A stretch of DNA of 64,000 nt, taken from IMG/VR virus record IMGVR_UViG_3300009788_000003, positions 25,324 through 89,323 of that record; one strand, written 5' to 3'. The notes under the pieces are model-generated. The model saw only the letters and a program-made list of their open reading frames with translations. It made no database searches and was not told the origin of the DNA. Source of the DNA: a virus. Below are positions 49,766 through 60,218 of this stretch, piece after piece (the first letter of the stretch is position 1; each line of letters begins with the position of its first letter). The position numbers and the translations under genes are program-made.

Positions 49766-50608
49766 TTAACCTGTGGCTTCAGCATCACCTTCATCATCAT
49801 CATCACCCAATGAAGGATGAACAGAGATAACCAGAGCAGCAGCTTTTTGAGCAGTCATGCCCTTCAGGAAAGCTTTCACAGCAGCAACAGTAACTTTGGG
49901 TTTACCAATGTTACCTTCGATGTAGCCCAATGTGATTTGCTCAAGAGCAACGGCATCATACTCAGTCCCAGACTCTTCCTTTTTCTTGGCAAGTGCTTCC
50001 TTGATCGTATCTTTCTGATCAGGGTGAACTTTGAAAACCATAGATGAAACTTTGGTGGTAACTTCTTCACCGTTTTCATCCTTCTTGGTTTTGCCTTCTT
50101 TCAGTCCCTTGACATACTCTTGAATTTCCAGAGAATTCATTGTGTCGGCACGTTTAACCCATTCCGCAACATTGTCTTCAGTAAGGTATTCAATTATAAA
50201 ACGAAGTATTGACCAACCGATTGATTTGACATCTGCCCACTTGATTCCCGCAGCAACCAATTTTTCATAGATGTTTACAAGATACATGCACTTCCGATAT
50301 GGAAGACCTAACCCTGTTTCGATGTAGTCTTTGAAAGATTCGTAGTCATCACCTTCCCACCACTTTTCTTCCTGAATGCGTTGAAGAACTCCACCAAGTT
50401 TAAAGTCATTGATACCTTCCGCTTCGATAAGTTCAGGGGCAAGTTTCAGTGCTCTAGCTTTGGTGAGATTTTCAACTTCGGTAGAAGACGCAACGATTAA
50501 ATCTTTGGTCTCCACCTTAGCCTTGACAGGCTTTGCAGCAGGGGCTTTAGTCGTTGCCTTATCTGCTGTCAGATTCGCCATTTTCGGCGCAGTCTTTGAT
50601 TTTGCCAT
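49766..50608 (-). CDS. Putative DNA-binding protein with its own promoter and terminator
   Basis: Lys/Ala-rich N-terminus and HTH-like SFKDYIETGLGLPYRKCMYLV; promoter TTGACA-17-TAAGCT at 50654-50682. Confidence 0.5.
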   Translation of the reverse strand: MAKSKTAPKMANLTADKATTKAPAAKPVKAKVETKDLIVASSTEVENLTKARALKLAPELIEAEGINDFKLGGVLQRIQEEKWWEGDDYESFKDYIETGLGLPYRKCMYLVNIYEKLVAAGIKWADVKSIGWSILRFIIEYLTEDNVAEWVKRADTMNSLEIQEYVKGLKEGKTKKDENGEEVTTKVSSMVFKVHPDQKDTIKEALAKKKEESGTEYDAVALEQITLGYIEGNIGKPKVTVAAVKAFLKGMTAQKAAALVISVHPSLGDDDDEGDAEATG

Positions 50609-50701
50609 GTTATAAATCTCCTAAATATTCATGTACAATTGTTTGACTCTCTAAGCTTACACCACTATTAAATATTTGTCAAGTAGAATTTGCACTTAAT
50701 A

Positions 50702-51235
50702 TCAAACTTTTTTTGCAGGGGAATGAACAATAGATAAGTGTTTTGCATCCCCCTTTTTCCAAGTTCCTTTCTCATCAGCAATACCCAAATTAGTAAACAG
50801 GGTGCATAGTGCAAGCCCATAGGCATCAGATAAGTTATCATCAGTGGTATCATATCCCCAATTTTTATACACCCCCAACAGCATCAAATCTTTCTTACTG
50901 TTGCCCTTGCCCGTTACAAATTTCTTTAAAGTTGAAGGGGGAATTACTGTGTAATCATACTCCGATTGCCAAAGGAAGTAACGAATTACTGTGCCTACAG
51001 AATACGTGATTTCATGGTTAAATTTAGAACCAAATGAATACCCTTCTAGCCCAATCAAATCAGGATTGAATTGCTTCAACATATCGATTATGCATCCCCC
51101 AATATCCCCCAATCTTTGCATCCCTTTATTCTTAGATGAATACACCTGTTCATGAATTGTAGTGATAACACCTTTCTTATTATCTAAAACTATCAATCCC
51201 ATTTTGGTTGATGGGTCTATGCCAAGTACAATCAT
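50702..51235 (-). CDS. ruvC: RuvC-like Holliday junction resolvase
   Basis: VLGIDPS, LEGY, PSTLKKFVTGKGN and DNLSDAYGLA. Confidence 0.88.
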   Translation of the reverse strand: MIVLGIDPSTKMGLIVLDNKKGVITTIHEQVYSSKNKGMQRLGDIGGCIIDMLKQFNPDLIGLEGYSFGSKFNHEITYSVGTVIRYFLWQSEYDYTVIPPSTLKKFVTGKGNSKKDLMLLGVYKNWGYDTTDDNLSDAYGLALCTLFTNLGIADEKGTWKKGDAKHLSIVHSPAKKV

Positions 51236-52128
51236 GATTTCTCCGAAAAACAAGTTTCTCTATAAGTGCATCTCTTCGCACGTTTACAAGTTATGGTAGG
51301 GCATACTTCCCGCTTCGGTATTTTTCCTGTCTTCTTATATGCTTTAACATCCAATGCTTTTTGATACACTGCATCCAATCCTTCCCCGCTTATTTTCTTA
51401 ACTTTGAACTCTTTGAACGGGCTAAATTTAGCATCAGAAATTCCCTGCCTTCCTTCCGTGTTGTCAGCAAACCCAAACCCCTTACAGCAATAAAGAAGAT
51501 AGCCATAGTCCAAATTAATCTTTACATCAAAATCCATCCAAGTGCTGTGAGAAAGTAGATCAAGATAAAATTGGGTTCTTCTTCTGTGCTCAGATAATGG
51601 GGCTTCTAATACCTTGAACTGATCTTTATCAATTGTTTTGATTTCTACTGGTGTCAGGAATTCATCTTTCCAGAGCATGAAATCAATACCGCAACTGCAA
51701 TCATATTCTGGTGAGTAAGCACGGGGTTCAATGTAGGTCATGTGCTTGCCGGGATGTGAACAGTTGTCACAGGCTTCAGGAACAGTTTGATACTGGTGTG
51801 TGTGACCACAGTTACTACAGTACCAATCACCCAACGCATATTTTCTAAGCCACACATTACGAACTTGATTTTCATACCAACGTCCAACCTGATAAGTGAC
51901 ATTCAAAGAAGTACCAAGTCTTCCATCTTTCCGGTTGTCTCCATCCCGCAAAAGGTAAGCACGTTCTCTAGGGCAAAATTCAATATCCTCTCTGGTCAAT
52001 TCTGAGGCATGAAGATTTTTAATACTTCTGGGGGGGTCAGTTACAGCAAGTTCTTTGTGCAAAATATATTTCAATCCCTGCTCAGATTTTAACTCACTGG
52101 ATTTTTTAAATTTCGCTTTCATTCTCAT
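51232..52128 (-). CDS. Cas4-like PD-(D/E)XK exonuclease
   Basis: HASEL...CPR, GIDF...EIKT, QFYL, and a C-terminal Cys cluster (CPTITC...CTYRETC). Confidence 0.75.
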   Translation of the reverse strand: MRMKAKFKKSSELKSEQGLKYILHKELAVTDPPRSIKNLHASELTREDIEFCPRERAYLLRDGDNRKDGRLGTSLNVTYQVGRWYENQVRNVWLRKYALGDWYCSNCGHTHQYQTVPEACDNCSHPGKHMTYIEPRAYSPEYDCSCGIDFMLWKDEFLTPVEIKTIDKDQFKVLEAPLSEHRRRTQFYLDLLSHSTWMDFDVKINLDYGYLLYCCKGFGFADNTEGRQGISDAKFSPFKEFKVKKISGEGLDAVYQKALDVKAYKKTGKIPKREVCPTITCKRAKRCTYRETCFSEKS

Positions 52129-52507
52129 TCAGCCATTCGGCAAAATCCATAAACATATATAGGGGTATCACTGCAAAGTCTCCCCCCGGTTTAGCCTCTC
52201 CCGAACCATCAACAAATGAAATTGTCAGCACAGGTACTTTGCCTGTAGCAAGTGCTTCTTCTCTGATTTTCAAAAGCCATACATGTTTTAAAGAAATCGA
52301 TTTATGTATTGTAGATTTACATTCAATCCGCAGGTTGTCTTTCACCCCATCAGATTTCATACCGTCAATAGAACCAGATGCAATTGTTTGCATTGCCCCC
52401 ATATCTTTAATAACCCTTGTTTCTGATTTCTGACCGTGCAAGGGAACATCAGTCATTAACGGATTTTTATTTGTGGTGGGCTTCCGTTTCCATTTAGTCA
52501 TCATCAT
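52106..52507 (-). CDS. Hjc-like PD-(D/E)XK resolvase/endonuclease
   Basis: SE...ASGS...KSD...IECKST. Confidence 0.7.
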   Translation of the reverse strand: MMMTKWKRKPTTNKNPLMTDVPLHGQKSETRVIKDMGAMQTIASGSIDGMKSDGVKDNLRIECKSTIHKSISLKHVWLLKIREEALATGKVPVLTISFVDGSGEAKPGGDFAVIPLYMFMDFAEWLNENESEI

Positions 52508-53534
52508 CCCCGTACAATTGTTCCATACGTGCTTCCATTATTTTTTCTCTGACCGCATCCAAAAGTTTTGGATTTCCGTAAAGTTCTTCCCGCACTGCTT
52601 TATAAGTTGGATATTGCTGATCGAAACAAAATATTGTCTTGCCCTCTTTACCTAACCAACCCAAATCTTTCAAGTGAGTTGAAATAGTATTCCAATCATC
52701 GATGAAGCCAATCTTCAAACCTCCCTGATTAGTGACAGGGAAATCAAATACAAAATCCTTGTGCAAGGTTCTAACTTTGGTTTTGAAAACTGACCCCGTA
52801 ACCTTTTTAAATGAAGCACGATCTTTATTGATACTAGGGTCAATTATGTCATTGCCCCGAACTTTCACGGTCAAAGCTGAATGATGTTTCAGGGCTTTTC
52901 CCCCCGGCATATCATCAGGGCTTCCAAACATGACCCCGATTTTATTTCTCATCTGATTGATAATCAAAACTGTGGGATATCTTCCGTAACTGGTAGCCTT
53001 TGACATTCCCACAATCAACTTCTTAACCATCTTCGTTATGACCAGTGCTGCACCCCCAACTTGCATCTTAGCGGCATCAGATTCATCCTCATTGATTGTT
53101 ATCATTGCACCGATAGAATCTAGCACCACACATCCCACATCATCAGCAGAGACAACCCCCTGAATTATATTGATAGCCTGTTCTGCATAGTTGGGTTGGA
53201 TAAGTGCTAACTTCTTTTTATCACAATTGACCCCAATCGATGTTGCCCATTTAGGGTCAAACGAATGTTCTAGATCAATGAACACATTCACCTTACTTGG
53301 TTCAAGTCTTTGATTCATTGCAATAGCTTTCAGGGCAAGATTAGTTTTCCCGCTAGATTCCGCGCCCCAAATAATAGAAGTTCTGCCACGGGGAAATCCC
53401 CCACCAGTGGCATAGTCGAATGGATATATTCCCGTAGGCAATCTTTCAATATCCCCTACCTGATCAGCAGAAGTTACGAATTGTTCCCCGTGAGATTTTT
53501 TCAGGTCTACCTGAATTTCAGAAATTTTAGTCAT
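52494..53534 (-). CDS. recA: RecA/UvsX-like recombinase
   Basis: GGGFPRGR, GAESSGKT, VLDSIGAM, INQMRNKIGVMFG and GGKALK. Confidence 0.95.
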   Translation of the reverse strand: MTKISEIQVDLKKSHGEQFVTSADQVGDIERLPTGIYPFDYATGGGFPRGRTSIIWGAESSGKTNLALKAIAMNQRLEPSKVNVFIDLEHSFDPKWATSIGVNCDKKKLALIQPNYAEQAINIIQGVVSADDVGCVVLDSIGAMITINEDESDAAKMQVGGAALVITKMVKKLIVGMSKATSYGRYPTVLIINQMRNKIGVMFGSPDDMPGGKALKHHSALTVKVRGNDIIDPSINKDRASFKKVTGSVFKTKVRTLHKDFVFDFPVTNQGGLKIGFIDDWNTISTHLKDLGWLGKEGKTIFCFDQQYPTYKAVREELYGNPKLLDAVREKIMEARMEQLYGDDDD

Positions 53535-54033
53535 CTGAGTCTGTGTACTCAGAAATCACTTCCTCCATTTTTTTCTCAACCTATCCTTTACAGAATTCAT
53601 AGTTGCCTTCTATCTCTTCTTCATCAACCTCACTAGGAACATGTAAGGTCACATGAATTTTCAGGCTTTCAAAATCTCCCAGATTTACAGTTCTGTCTAT
53701 CCCGTACCCAACATTTGCCATTGGCTTACCTGCGGGTTGAACAGATTCAGCACCTTCCACATCAACCTGATTAACTTCTTCAGGTTCATCCTGTTCCTTA
53801 ACTGCTACCGTACCTGTGATGGGTTTACCCACCTTTGATTTACCAAATTTTATTTTTGTTTTTGTAGCAACTTTCACAGCTTCCCCCGGTTCAATTTCAA
53901 TTTCATCATCATCAGGCTCAAATGGTGGGTCTTCAATTTCAGACTCATCTTCCCCTTCAACTTCTGGGGTTTCCTTATGGATTACCAACTTCCCTTTCTT
54001 ACCTTTTTTGATTGATAACTTCTTTACTGGCAT
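53527..54033 (-). CDS. Hypothetical protein (TAG at 53581-53583 may be premature)
   Basis: RTVNLGDFESLK motif. The frame stays open past the TAG to a TAA that overlaps the recA start. Confidence 0.55.
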
Positions 54034-54511
54034 CTCTGTTCCTCCAATTTTTAACCAGATACTTTTTCATACTCTTAGCAGTTGCAGCAGCACCATCTTC
54101 AGAAGCAGTTTCTAAAAACCGTGCAAGCACTGGCAACTGATCAATAGTAACCAGTTTCAGTTTAGTGTCATCAAACACAAAAGTAGGAAAATATTTGCGG
54201 TGGTAATAGCCACGCAAAGTATTCAGATTAACTCCAAGCCTAGCAGCAGCTTCACTTAATTTGATAGCCACATATTTAACCTTCTTGGATTTGACCAACC
54301 TACTACCATCAGGAAAGATATTATTTTCTTCCATGTATTTATCCCGCACACGAGCCTTACCCGCTTCCCGATATTGGGTATCATCTGCATACCTTTTTTT
54401 CTTTTGCTTATTCAGGTCTTTGGCATTTTCCTTATACCAATCCTTAAACACCCTTTTTTTCTTAGATGTCTTTCTTCCGTTTCCTGCACTCATCTCATTA
54501 ACCTCCAACAA
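53999..54511 (-). CDS. MerR-like HTH DNA-binding protein
   Basis: LSEAAARLGVNLNTLRGYYHRKYFP. Confidence 0.65.
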   Translation of the reverse strand: MLEVNEMSAGNGRKTSKKKRVFKDWYKENAKDLNKQKKKRYADDTQYREAGKARVRDKYMEENNIFPDGSRLVKSKKVKYVAIKLSEAAARLGVNLNTLRGYYHRKYFPTFVFDDTKLKLVTIDQLPVLARFLETASEDGAAATAKSMKKYLVKNWRNRDASKEVINQKR

Positions 54512-55868
54512 TATTTAATGCATTCGAATTATAGTATTTGCATCTGCTTTTAAAATAATTCTCCAACAACTTAATTGAGTCTACAAAATCATAGACCACG
54601 GGAATTTTCTTCCCCTCCAATTCCCGAACAACTCTCCCCACGGGTTGTTTAACATTAGCCCTTGGGGTCATGAATACAGCAGTATCCCAATGCGGAAAAT
54701 CTGTGCCGTACTCAGTCATTTTATAGGTAGCCAACACCACCCGTTTATGTGCCTGTTTTATTAACTTTTCTTTTTCCTCAATAGAATCATTTTTAGTCCC
54801 AACATAAAATCCTATATCAGACATTTTCATTCCTGCATTCACCAGACAATCATACGCATAATCCAAATGCTTTAAGGTCTCTGCAAAGCAAACAAGATTC
54901 CTTCCCCGCCCGTAAGCATACAAAATCTTCTGAGTTATAATTGCCTGTCTGTTTTCATGCTGCCCCAAAAAATTATTTAGATTCACAGTTCTCCCTACTT
55001 TGTATCTCACCCATTTTGGAACCACCACATTAATTTTCACTACCACCACATTGAACGGCATAGGCAAAACATTTGCCTTAATAATTATTCGCCCTATATG
55101 ATCTTTAAATACATGTTGTTTCCTGTCCGATCTTTCTAGTTCAGCAGACAACCCCAACCGATATTTTGCCGGGAGTTGCCACATACAATTTACAAATTTG
55201 TCAGCAGCCATTAGATGAACTTCATCAATAATCACTAGCCCGAAATATTTATATACCCAACTTGGATACCGTTTCTGCTTCATCATGGATTGCACGTAGG
55301 CAATCACAACGGGTTTATCTGTGACATTACAAATGTCTCCCTTGATCAATCCAATATCTTCTGCCCCCATCCCCAGAAACTTCTTCAAAGATTTTCTCCA
55401 CTGCCCTTCCAAATCTGACTTGGTAATCAAAATCAGGGTAGTGACTTCCAGATCATTTATTGCAGAGCAACCCACAAAAGTTTTTCCAAACCCTGTTGAT
55501 GCATTAACAATAATTCCTGTCTCTCCCTTTAAATAATGACAATGCAATTCCTTACATACACGCACCTGTTCATCATTCCTTGGAACCCCATCAAATCCTG
55601 TTTGAATCTGATACCCTTCTATTCTTCGATCTTCTGCCCCCAATTTATATTTTGTTCTGGGTAGCAATATTCTGGGGCTATCCGTATTCTTACCAATAAC
55701 CCTATAATTTATATACGGTTTTTTAAATCTATCCACCAAAGTATATTGCTCTGCTAACTCTGGTGTGTAATCAAATACCGCAGCAGACCCCGTATAAATC
55801 GGTTCCGGTATTAAAGAAGCAGGGGCTTGCGCCCGTGCCTCTTTTGCTAGTTTAAGAAGTAAGGACAT
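54498..55868 (-). CDS. Superfamily 2 DExH helicase (UvsW/XPB-like)
   Basis: STGFGKT, IIDEVH, LGLSA and QPVGRVVR. Confidence 0.9.
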   Translation of the reverse strand: MSLLLKLAKEARAQAPASLIPEPIYTGSAAVFDYTPELAEQYTLVDRFKKPYINYRVIGKNTDSPRILLPRTKYKLGAEDRRIEGYQIQTGFDGVPRNDEQVRVCKELHCHYLKGETGIIVNASTGFGKTFVGCSAINDLEVTTLILITKSDLEGQWRKSLKKFLGMGAEDIGLIKGDICNVTDKPVVIAYVQSMMKQKRYPSWVYKYFGLVIIDEVHLMAADKFVNCMWQLPAKYRLGLSAELERSDRKQHVFKDHIGRIIIKANVLPMPFNVVVVKINVVVPKWVRYKVGRTVNLNNFLGQHENRQAIITQKILYAYGRGRNLVCFAETLKHLDYAYDCLVNAGMKMSDIGFYVGTKNDSIEEKEKLIKQAHKRVVLATYKMTEYGTDFPHWDTAVFMTPRANVKQPVGRVVRELEGKKIPVVYDFVDSIKLLENYFKSRCKYYNSNALNIVGG

Positions 55869-56665
55869 TAAACTACCTTATCCTCATCAACCCCCGGTTC
55901 ACCACCTACAGCAGTAGTGGCAGTTCCAAATCCCAATGCCAATAATTCTTCTGCTGAATGAACTTTGATAACTTCATCATAATCCAGTGGTTTAACTTCG
56001 CAATCAGGAAATGCTTCACCCAACTCTTCAAGGGTATTACTTTGAACATAATCAAAATCATCCCCCACATTGAAAGCATCTTTGCTTGTGCGAGTTACTT
56101 CGAAAGTTGCACCAATCAAACCGTTCTCATATTTCTTTGCTTTCTTGCGTAGCTTGTCAGCCACACCAGTTTTAGCAACGAACAATTGAACAGAACCTTC
56201 ATACTCTTTTTTCTCTTTTTTACTCATCCATTTTTCATGAGTGAGCACCGTAAAGACGGTAGCAAAATAGGGAGTATTTCCAGACGCGCAAACAGGACAT
56301 TCAGAACCTTCTGCGGGATTGTTGATACACACATACTTTGGATATTTCTGAGCAGGGTTATTAATGGTATGTTCGTAATAACATATGCTATCAAGATCAC
56401 CATCAACATCTAGCCCACCATCAAGAAACGAAATTACCCGTTCCTGTTCTGGCTTCATGTAAAAACGAAATACCTGATTTTCCCGTTGCTCTTCCCGCAC
56501 CTGTGCTGCCTGTTGTTCAGCAACCAATGCTTCTTTTGCTGCATGACCTTTCTTCAAAAAAGAAGATGTAGTTTTGGTCTTTACAACCTCACTCTCTTCA
56601 GCAGCAACTTTCAGCTTCACAGGTTTAGCAGTACCCTTATTGAGTTTGTTTAATTTAAGAGCCAT
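55868..56665 (-). CDS. Single-stranded DNA-binding protein (gp32-like, Zn-binding)
   Basis: FRFYMK, YEH...C...CPVC and FEVTR; acidic C-terminus; located in the replication module. Confidence 0.65.
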   Translation of the reverse strand: MALKLNKLNKGTAKPVKLKVAAEESEVVKTKTTSSFLKKGHAAKEALVAEQQAAQVREEQRENQVFRFYMKPEQERVISFLDGGLDVDGDLDSICYYEHTINNPAQKYPKYVCINNPAEGSECPVCASGNTPYFATVFTVLTHEKWMSKKEKKEYEGSVQLFVAKTGVADKLRKKAKKYENGLIGATFEVTRTSKDAFNVGDDFDYVQSNTLEELGEAFPDCEVKPLDYDEVIKVHSAEELLALGFGTATTAVGGEPGVDEDKVV

Positions 56666-56738
56666 TTAGCCCCTCCATTTTATTTAGGTTTAATTGTCCA
56701 TTTGGACAACGCAATTGTCTCATTGAAGAATTTATTTG

Positions 56739-57680
56739 TCAAGAAATAGACTCCAATAATTCTAAAACTTTGTCATCTGGCATCTGTCCCAAATCCCCGT
56801 AAGGTTCTGGTGGTTTCAAATGCGTGACAGGAATTTTGGTAAAGTATTTTGAGATTCTTTCCCTACCTTTATCTCCCCCTTTTCCGTTATCAAAAATCGT
56901 TATAATTTCTTCTGCCCCCGCAAGTCGTTTAATCTTATCCATCTGAACCTGTGTCGTTTGTCCAGATAAAACATTGCTGTAATGAACTCTGATCTTGGCG
57001 TAGTCAAATTGACCTTCAACCAAAACCACAGGCTCTTCTAAATCAACGTGATCTTCCCCCATCCAGACAGAAGGATTTCTAACCCCGTTACTTGGGTAAC
57101 TATAATATCTTGGCTCTACATCCTCCAAAAAAGTTCTCCCGTGTACCCCCATCAAAACCCCTTCCCAATTTCTGATTGGAAATAAAATCCTGCAACTTTC
57201 AAAATCTAATCTTATGTCAATCTGCTCTGCCAACTCAGCAGAAATTTCCCGTACCTGAACATAGGGATGAATGTAGGCAGAAGGAAAACATTGAAACCAA
57301 TGTTCATCGAAGGGAACCAACTCAACAGGCTTTTTATTTATCTCAGTTTCATAGTCGGGAAATTCTAGTTCTTCAGTATATTCTTCCGCATCTATAATCT
57401 GCATTGCTTTTTTTAAATCAACCTTATGTGGTACATCCCCCGCATACATAAATTTTAATTTCTTGTAAATCTCATACGGGGTTCCACGTTCCCCGCAACT
57501 GAAACAATTATATTTTGACTCCCCGCCCGTGATAGTCATTCCACTTGAAGGGTGATTATCCACCTTCCCATCATGTAGGAATCTTGCAAACACACATCTA
57601 CAAGTTGCCCACTTTGAAGTTGTGGTGGTGACTTCGCCCCCCAACGCAGAGAGCAAAGCAACTACCTGTTCTTTGTTCAT
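56739..57680 (-). CDS. dnaG: DNA primase (Zn finger plus TOPRIM)
   Basis: C...H...CFSCG, FPIRN...GR, LVEGQFD and FDNGKGG. Confidence 0.9.
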   Translation of the reverse strand: MNKEQVVALLSALGGEVTTTTSKWATCRCVFARFLHDGKVDNHPSSGMTITGGESKYNCFSCGERGTPYEIYKKLKFMYAGDVPHKVDLKKAMQIIDAEEYTEELEFPDYETEINKKPVELVPFDEHWFQCFPSAYIHPYVQVREISAELAEQIDIRLDFESCRILFPIRNWEGVLMGVHGRTFLEDVEPRYYSYPSNGVRNPSVWMGEDHVDLEEPVVLVEGQFDYAKIRVHYSNVLSGQTTQVQMDKIKRLAGAEEIITIFDNGKGGDKGRERISKYFTKIPVTHLKPPEPYGDLGQMPDDKVLELLESIS

Positions 57681-58138
57681 TACCCGTATTTGAGTCTGCG
57701 ATTCCCTTCTTTAATTTCAGTCAAGGCTTTCATTTCCGCAGGACTAAAATATTTATCCAGATCACCCAACGCAAATTTTGCCAGTTTCAGGGCAAGACCA
57801 TCTTCAAAATCTTCCAGAGCAACAACCACTTCATCAGTGTCTTTGATTACCCGTGACTGAACACGAGCAGAAACACCAAGTACCAAATCCCCGTTGATCA
57901 GATTCAATGATGCTTCCCCATCAATTTCAGGGTCAACAAGATCACGAATATCTTTTTCAATAGGATTAAGTTTGTCGGTAAGATTTTTGGTCTTAGCAGC
58001 CAGAACCGCAATTTCCTTTTTAAGCTTGAATGCTTCAGGAAGTAATTTGGTTGCCGCCGAAATTCCGGTAGTTGATGTAACCGAAGTTTTAAGTTTTGCT
58101 GTCTTCGATTTGCTTGTTGTCTTTAGCTTAATTGCCAT
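57680..58138 (-). CDS. Hypothetical coiled-coil protein
   Basis: TAATG-coupled to the primase gene. Confidence 0.5.
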   Translation of the reverse strand: MAIKLKTTSKSKTAKLKTSVTSTTGISAATKLLPEAFKLKKEIAVLAAKTKNLTDKLNPIEKDIRDLVDPEIDGEASLNLINGDLVLGVSARVQSRVIKDTDEVVVALEDFEDGLALKLAKFALGDLDKYFSPAEMKALTEIKEGNRRLKYG

Positions 58139-58635
58139 TTCATATCCCCTTGCTTTGTTTGCCAAAAAGCCCCAATTAAGGGGCTATGAATTTGGGTCAA
58201 GTTTCTCACCGTGAAAAAGGAACAGTGGTCTATCCTCTAGCATTTCTTCATCTTGCTTGATGTTGGCTATTGCATCCTCAACAATCTGTTGCGCCCATTA
58301 ATGATTAGTTACTTTGTGAATCTGTTATTTACTCCGTTTCCGAAGTCCGTGTAACTAACTGTCAATCTTCTTGGAAAGAGCCGCAGCACCCTTGACAGTA
58401 GACTTTGCGGTTCTGGTTGGCTTACCTAATTCGGGCAGTACCCTCATTACCAACCACCTTCTTAAATTCACACCATGTTTGTTTCTTGTATTCTCCTGTG
58501 TTGACAGGGTTAATCGAATGTTTCTTAACTTACCCCCTAATAATAGCATACGGGTTATATTTGTCAAGCCTTTTTATTGAAAAAATTGACCCCTATTGGC
58601 CCCCCCTATAGGCAAAACTGATTTTAAGGGTTTTA

Positions 58636-59916
58636 CTAGTCCACAACAATTTCCTGCTGTGGTTCACTACCCTTACCTTTCTTGGGTAGCTCCCCGAAAT
58701 CCATATTGTAAAAGTCCCACTTGGTATTAAATTTTCCTAGCTCCCCATCCCTGCCCTTCAGGATTTCAACTTCACGAGTCATAATAGTTTCAATGCTTTC
58801 TTCCTGCATCAAACCCAACACAACAGAACTAAGTTGCCCGATTTCATCTGTGTACCCTATATCCTCCAACCCCACCTTCTGATCTTTGGACATTTTCTTT
58901 TCAGCAGTTCTATTGAATTGCCAACTGGCTACCACTGGAATATTAAATTCCATTGCAAGCATTTGCTTTAATGCCCGTGCATTCTCAGCAACCTTTTCAT
59001 ATTTCCCCATCCTTGTATTGGGATGTGAAAGCAAGTACGCACCATCGACCACAACAAGATCAGGATTAACCTGCATCACTAATTTCCAAATGTCTTCAAC
59101 TGTGGAAGCAATATCGCCCCCGGCTATCCAAAATGATTCATCGATTCCTGTCAGCACATCTAACTTCGAAAGCAGGTCTTTGTAAGCCTTAGTAGCAAGC
59201 TGTGCCTTTTTAAGCTGTGTCAGACTGTGCTTGGTATGCATACTGGCTAATCGTTGCTCTATGGCAAGCACAATCATTTCTAGGGTGATGAACAAAACTA
59301 CCTTATGTTGGTTATACCATGCGTTATGTGCCATGAATAAACTTGAAAAGGTTTTGCCCATTGCGGGTCTACCAACAATTGAAATCAGGTCTCCCCCCTG
59401 CATACCCCCAGACAAAATATCTACTGTGGGGTAGCCCATGAGAACCGTTCCTTCCATGCCAAGCATTTTCTTTTTCTTGTAGGCAAGTTCTATGAACTTT
59501 CGTGCATCCTTGAAATCCACCAAATCTATTTTGGATGTTGCCCTATGAATTGTCATCAGGGTTTCAGTCAAACAATCAATCCCTGCCTGAACATCCATAT
59601 TTTCTTTGTGCAGAAATGGTTGCACATCGGCATACCCTTTTTTAATGGTGTCCGATATAAAGCGTTCCCGAATCTGCTTGGCATAATAAGAAGAAACTTC
59701 TTTTGCAATCGGTAGGCTATCTAATCCCATATCAAGCAGCACGGTTTCAGATTTTGGCAGTGCCTTGTGTTCGTAAAGAAATTCTTTTATGAACGTATAA
59801 ACTTCTAGTTCATGGTCTTTCAGAGTTACCGGATTGACATCTAGTTTTGAAAATGACTTTACATCACCCTCATTCAATAGCGCGGAAACAAGCTTAAGCC
59901 CGATACTTGATGACAC
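58636..59916 (-). CDS. dnaB: DnaB-like replicative helicase
   Basis: GRPAMGKT, TLEM, VVVDGAYLL, QFNR and LKGRDG. Confidence 0.93.
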   Translation of the reverse strand: MSSSIGLKLVSALLNEGDVKSFSKLDVNPVTLKDHELEVYTFIKEFLYEHKALPKSETVLLDMGLDSLPIAKEVSSYYAKQIRERFISDTIKKGYADVQPFLHKENMDVQAGIDCLTETLMTIHRATSKIDLVDFKDARKFIELAYKKKKMLGMEGTVLMGYPTVDILSGGMQGGDLISIVGRPAMGKTFSSLFMAHNAWYNQHKVVLFITLEMIVLAIEQRLASMHTKHSLTQLKKAQLATKAYKDLLSKLDVLTGIDESFWIAGGDIASTVEDIWKLVMQVNPDLVVVDGAYLLSHPNTRMGKYEKVAENARALKQMLAMEFNIPVVASWQFNRTAEKKMSKDQKVGLEDIGYTDEIGQLSSVVLGLMQEESIETIMTREVEILKGRDGELGKFNTKWDFYNMDFGELPKKGKGSEPQQEIVVD

Positions 59917-59926
59917 GATTTATCCC

Positions 59927-60208
59927 CTACTGGATTAAACTTACATGCATGTGGATACCAAGACCGTCTTCAACCGTCTTCTTAATATCGTCAATAATCT
60001 CCGTATCAATTTTTCCTGCTACCACCGATTCTTTCGGAATAATTATATCTGCTTCCAGTGCAGGTTTTAAAAACAGATCATCAGGTATATCTAAATTCAA
60101 TTTTATTGAAATCTCATGTGCCTTTAATGATGGAGATTTCGCGGAAAGTTTTGCATTACCCTTGCCCCATTTTTTATAGCCCACTATCAGGTATCGTGTC
60201 ATGTTCAT
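59927..60208 (-). CDS. Hypothetical protein
   Basis: 93 aa with GGGGA RBS. Confidence 0.5.
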   Translation of the reverse strand: MNMTRYLIVGYKKWGKGNAKLSAKSPSLKAHEISIKLNLDIPDDLFLKPALEADIIIPKESVVAGKIDTEIIDDIKKTVEDGLGIHMHVSLIQ

Positions 60209-60218
60209 TTTTATCCCC

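Noticed and set aside
51232-52128. CRISPR-Cas system, suggested by the Cas4-like gene or the 18-bp repeat
   Set aside because: There is no repeat-spacer array and no other cas gene. The repeat is dispersed, and the nuclease sits in a recombination module.
58320-58448. A third read-through TAG in a short ORF (…KKIDS*LHGLRKRSK*)
   Set aside because: The ORF is very short, and there is no coupling or homology evidence to call the stop premature.
13156-59916. Introns or inteins in polA, terL, dnaB, recA or thyX
   Set aside because: Protein lengths are normal, and no splice-junction or homing-endonuclease motifs were seen.
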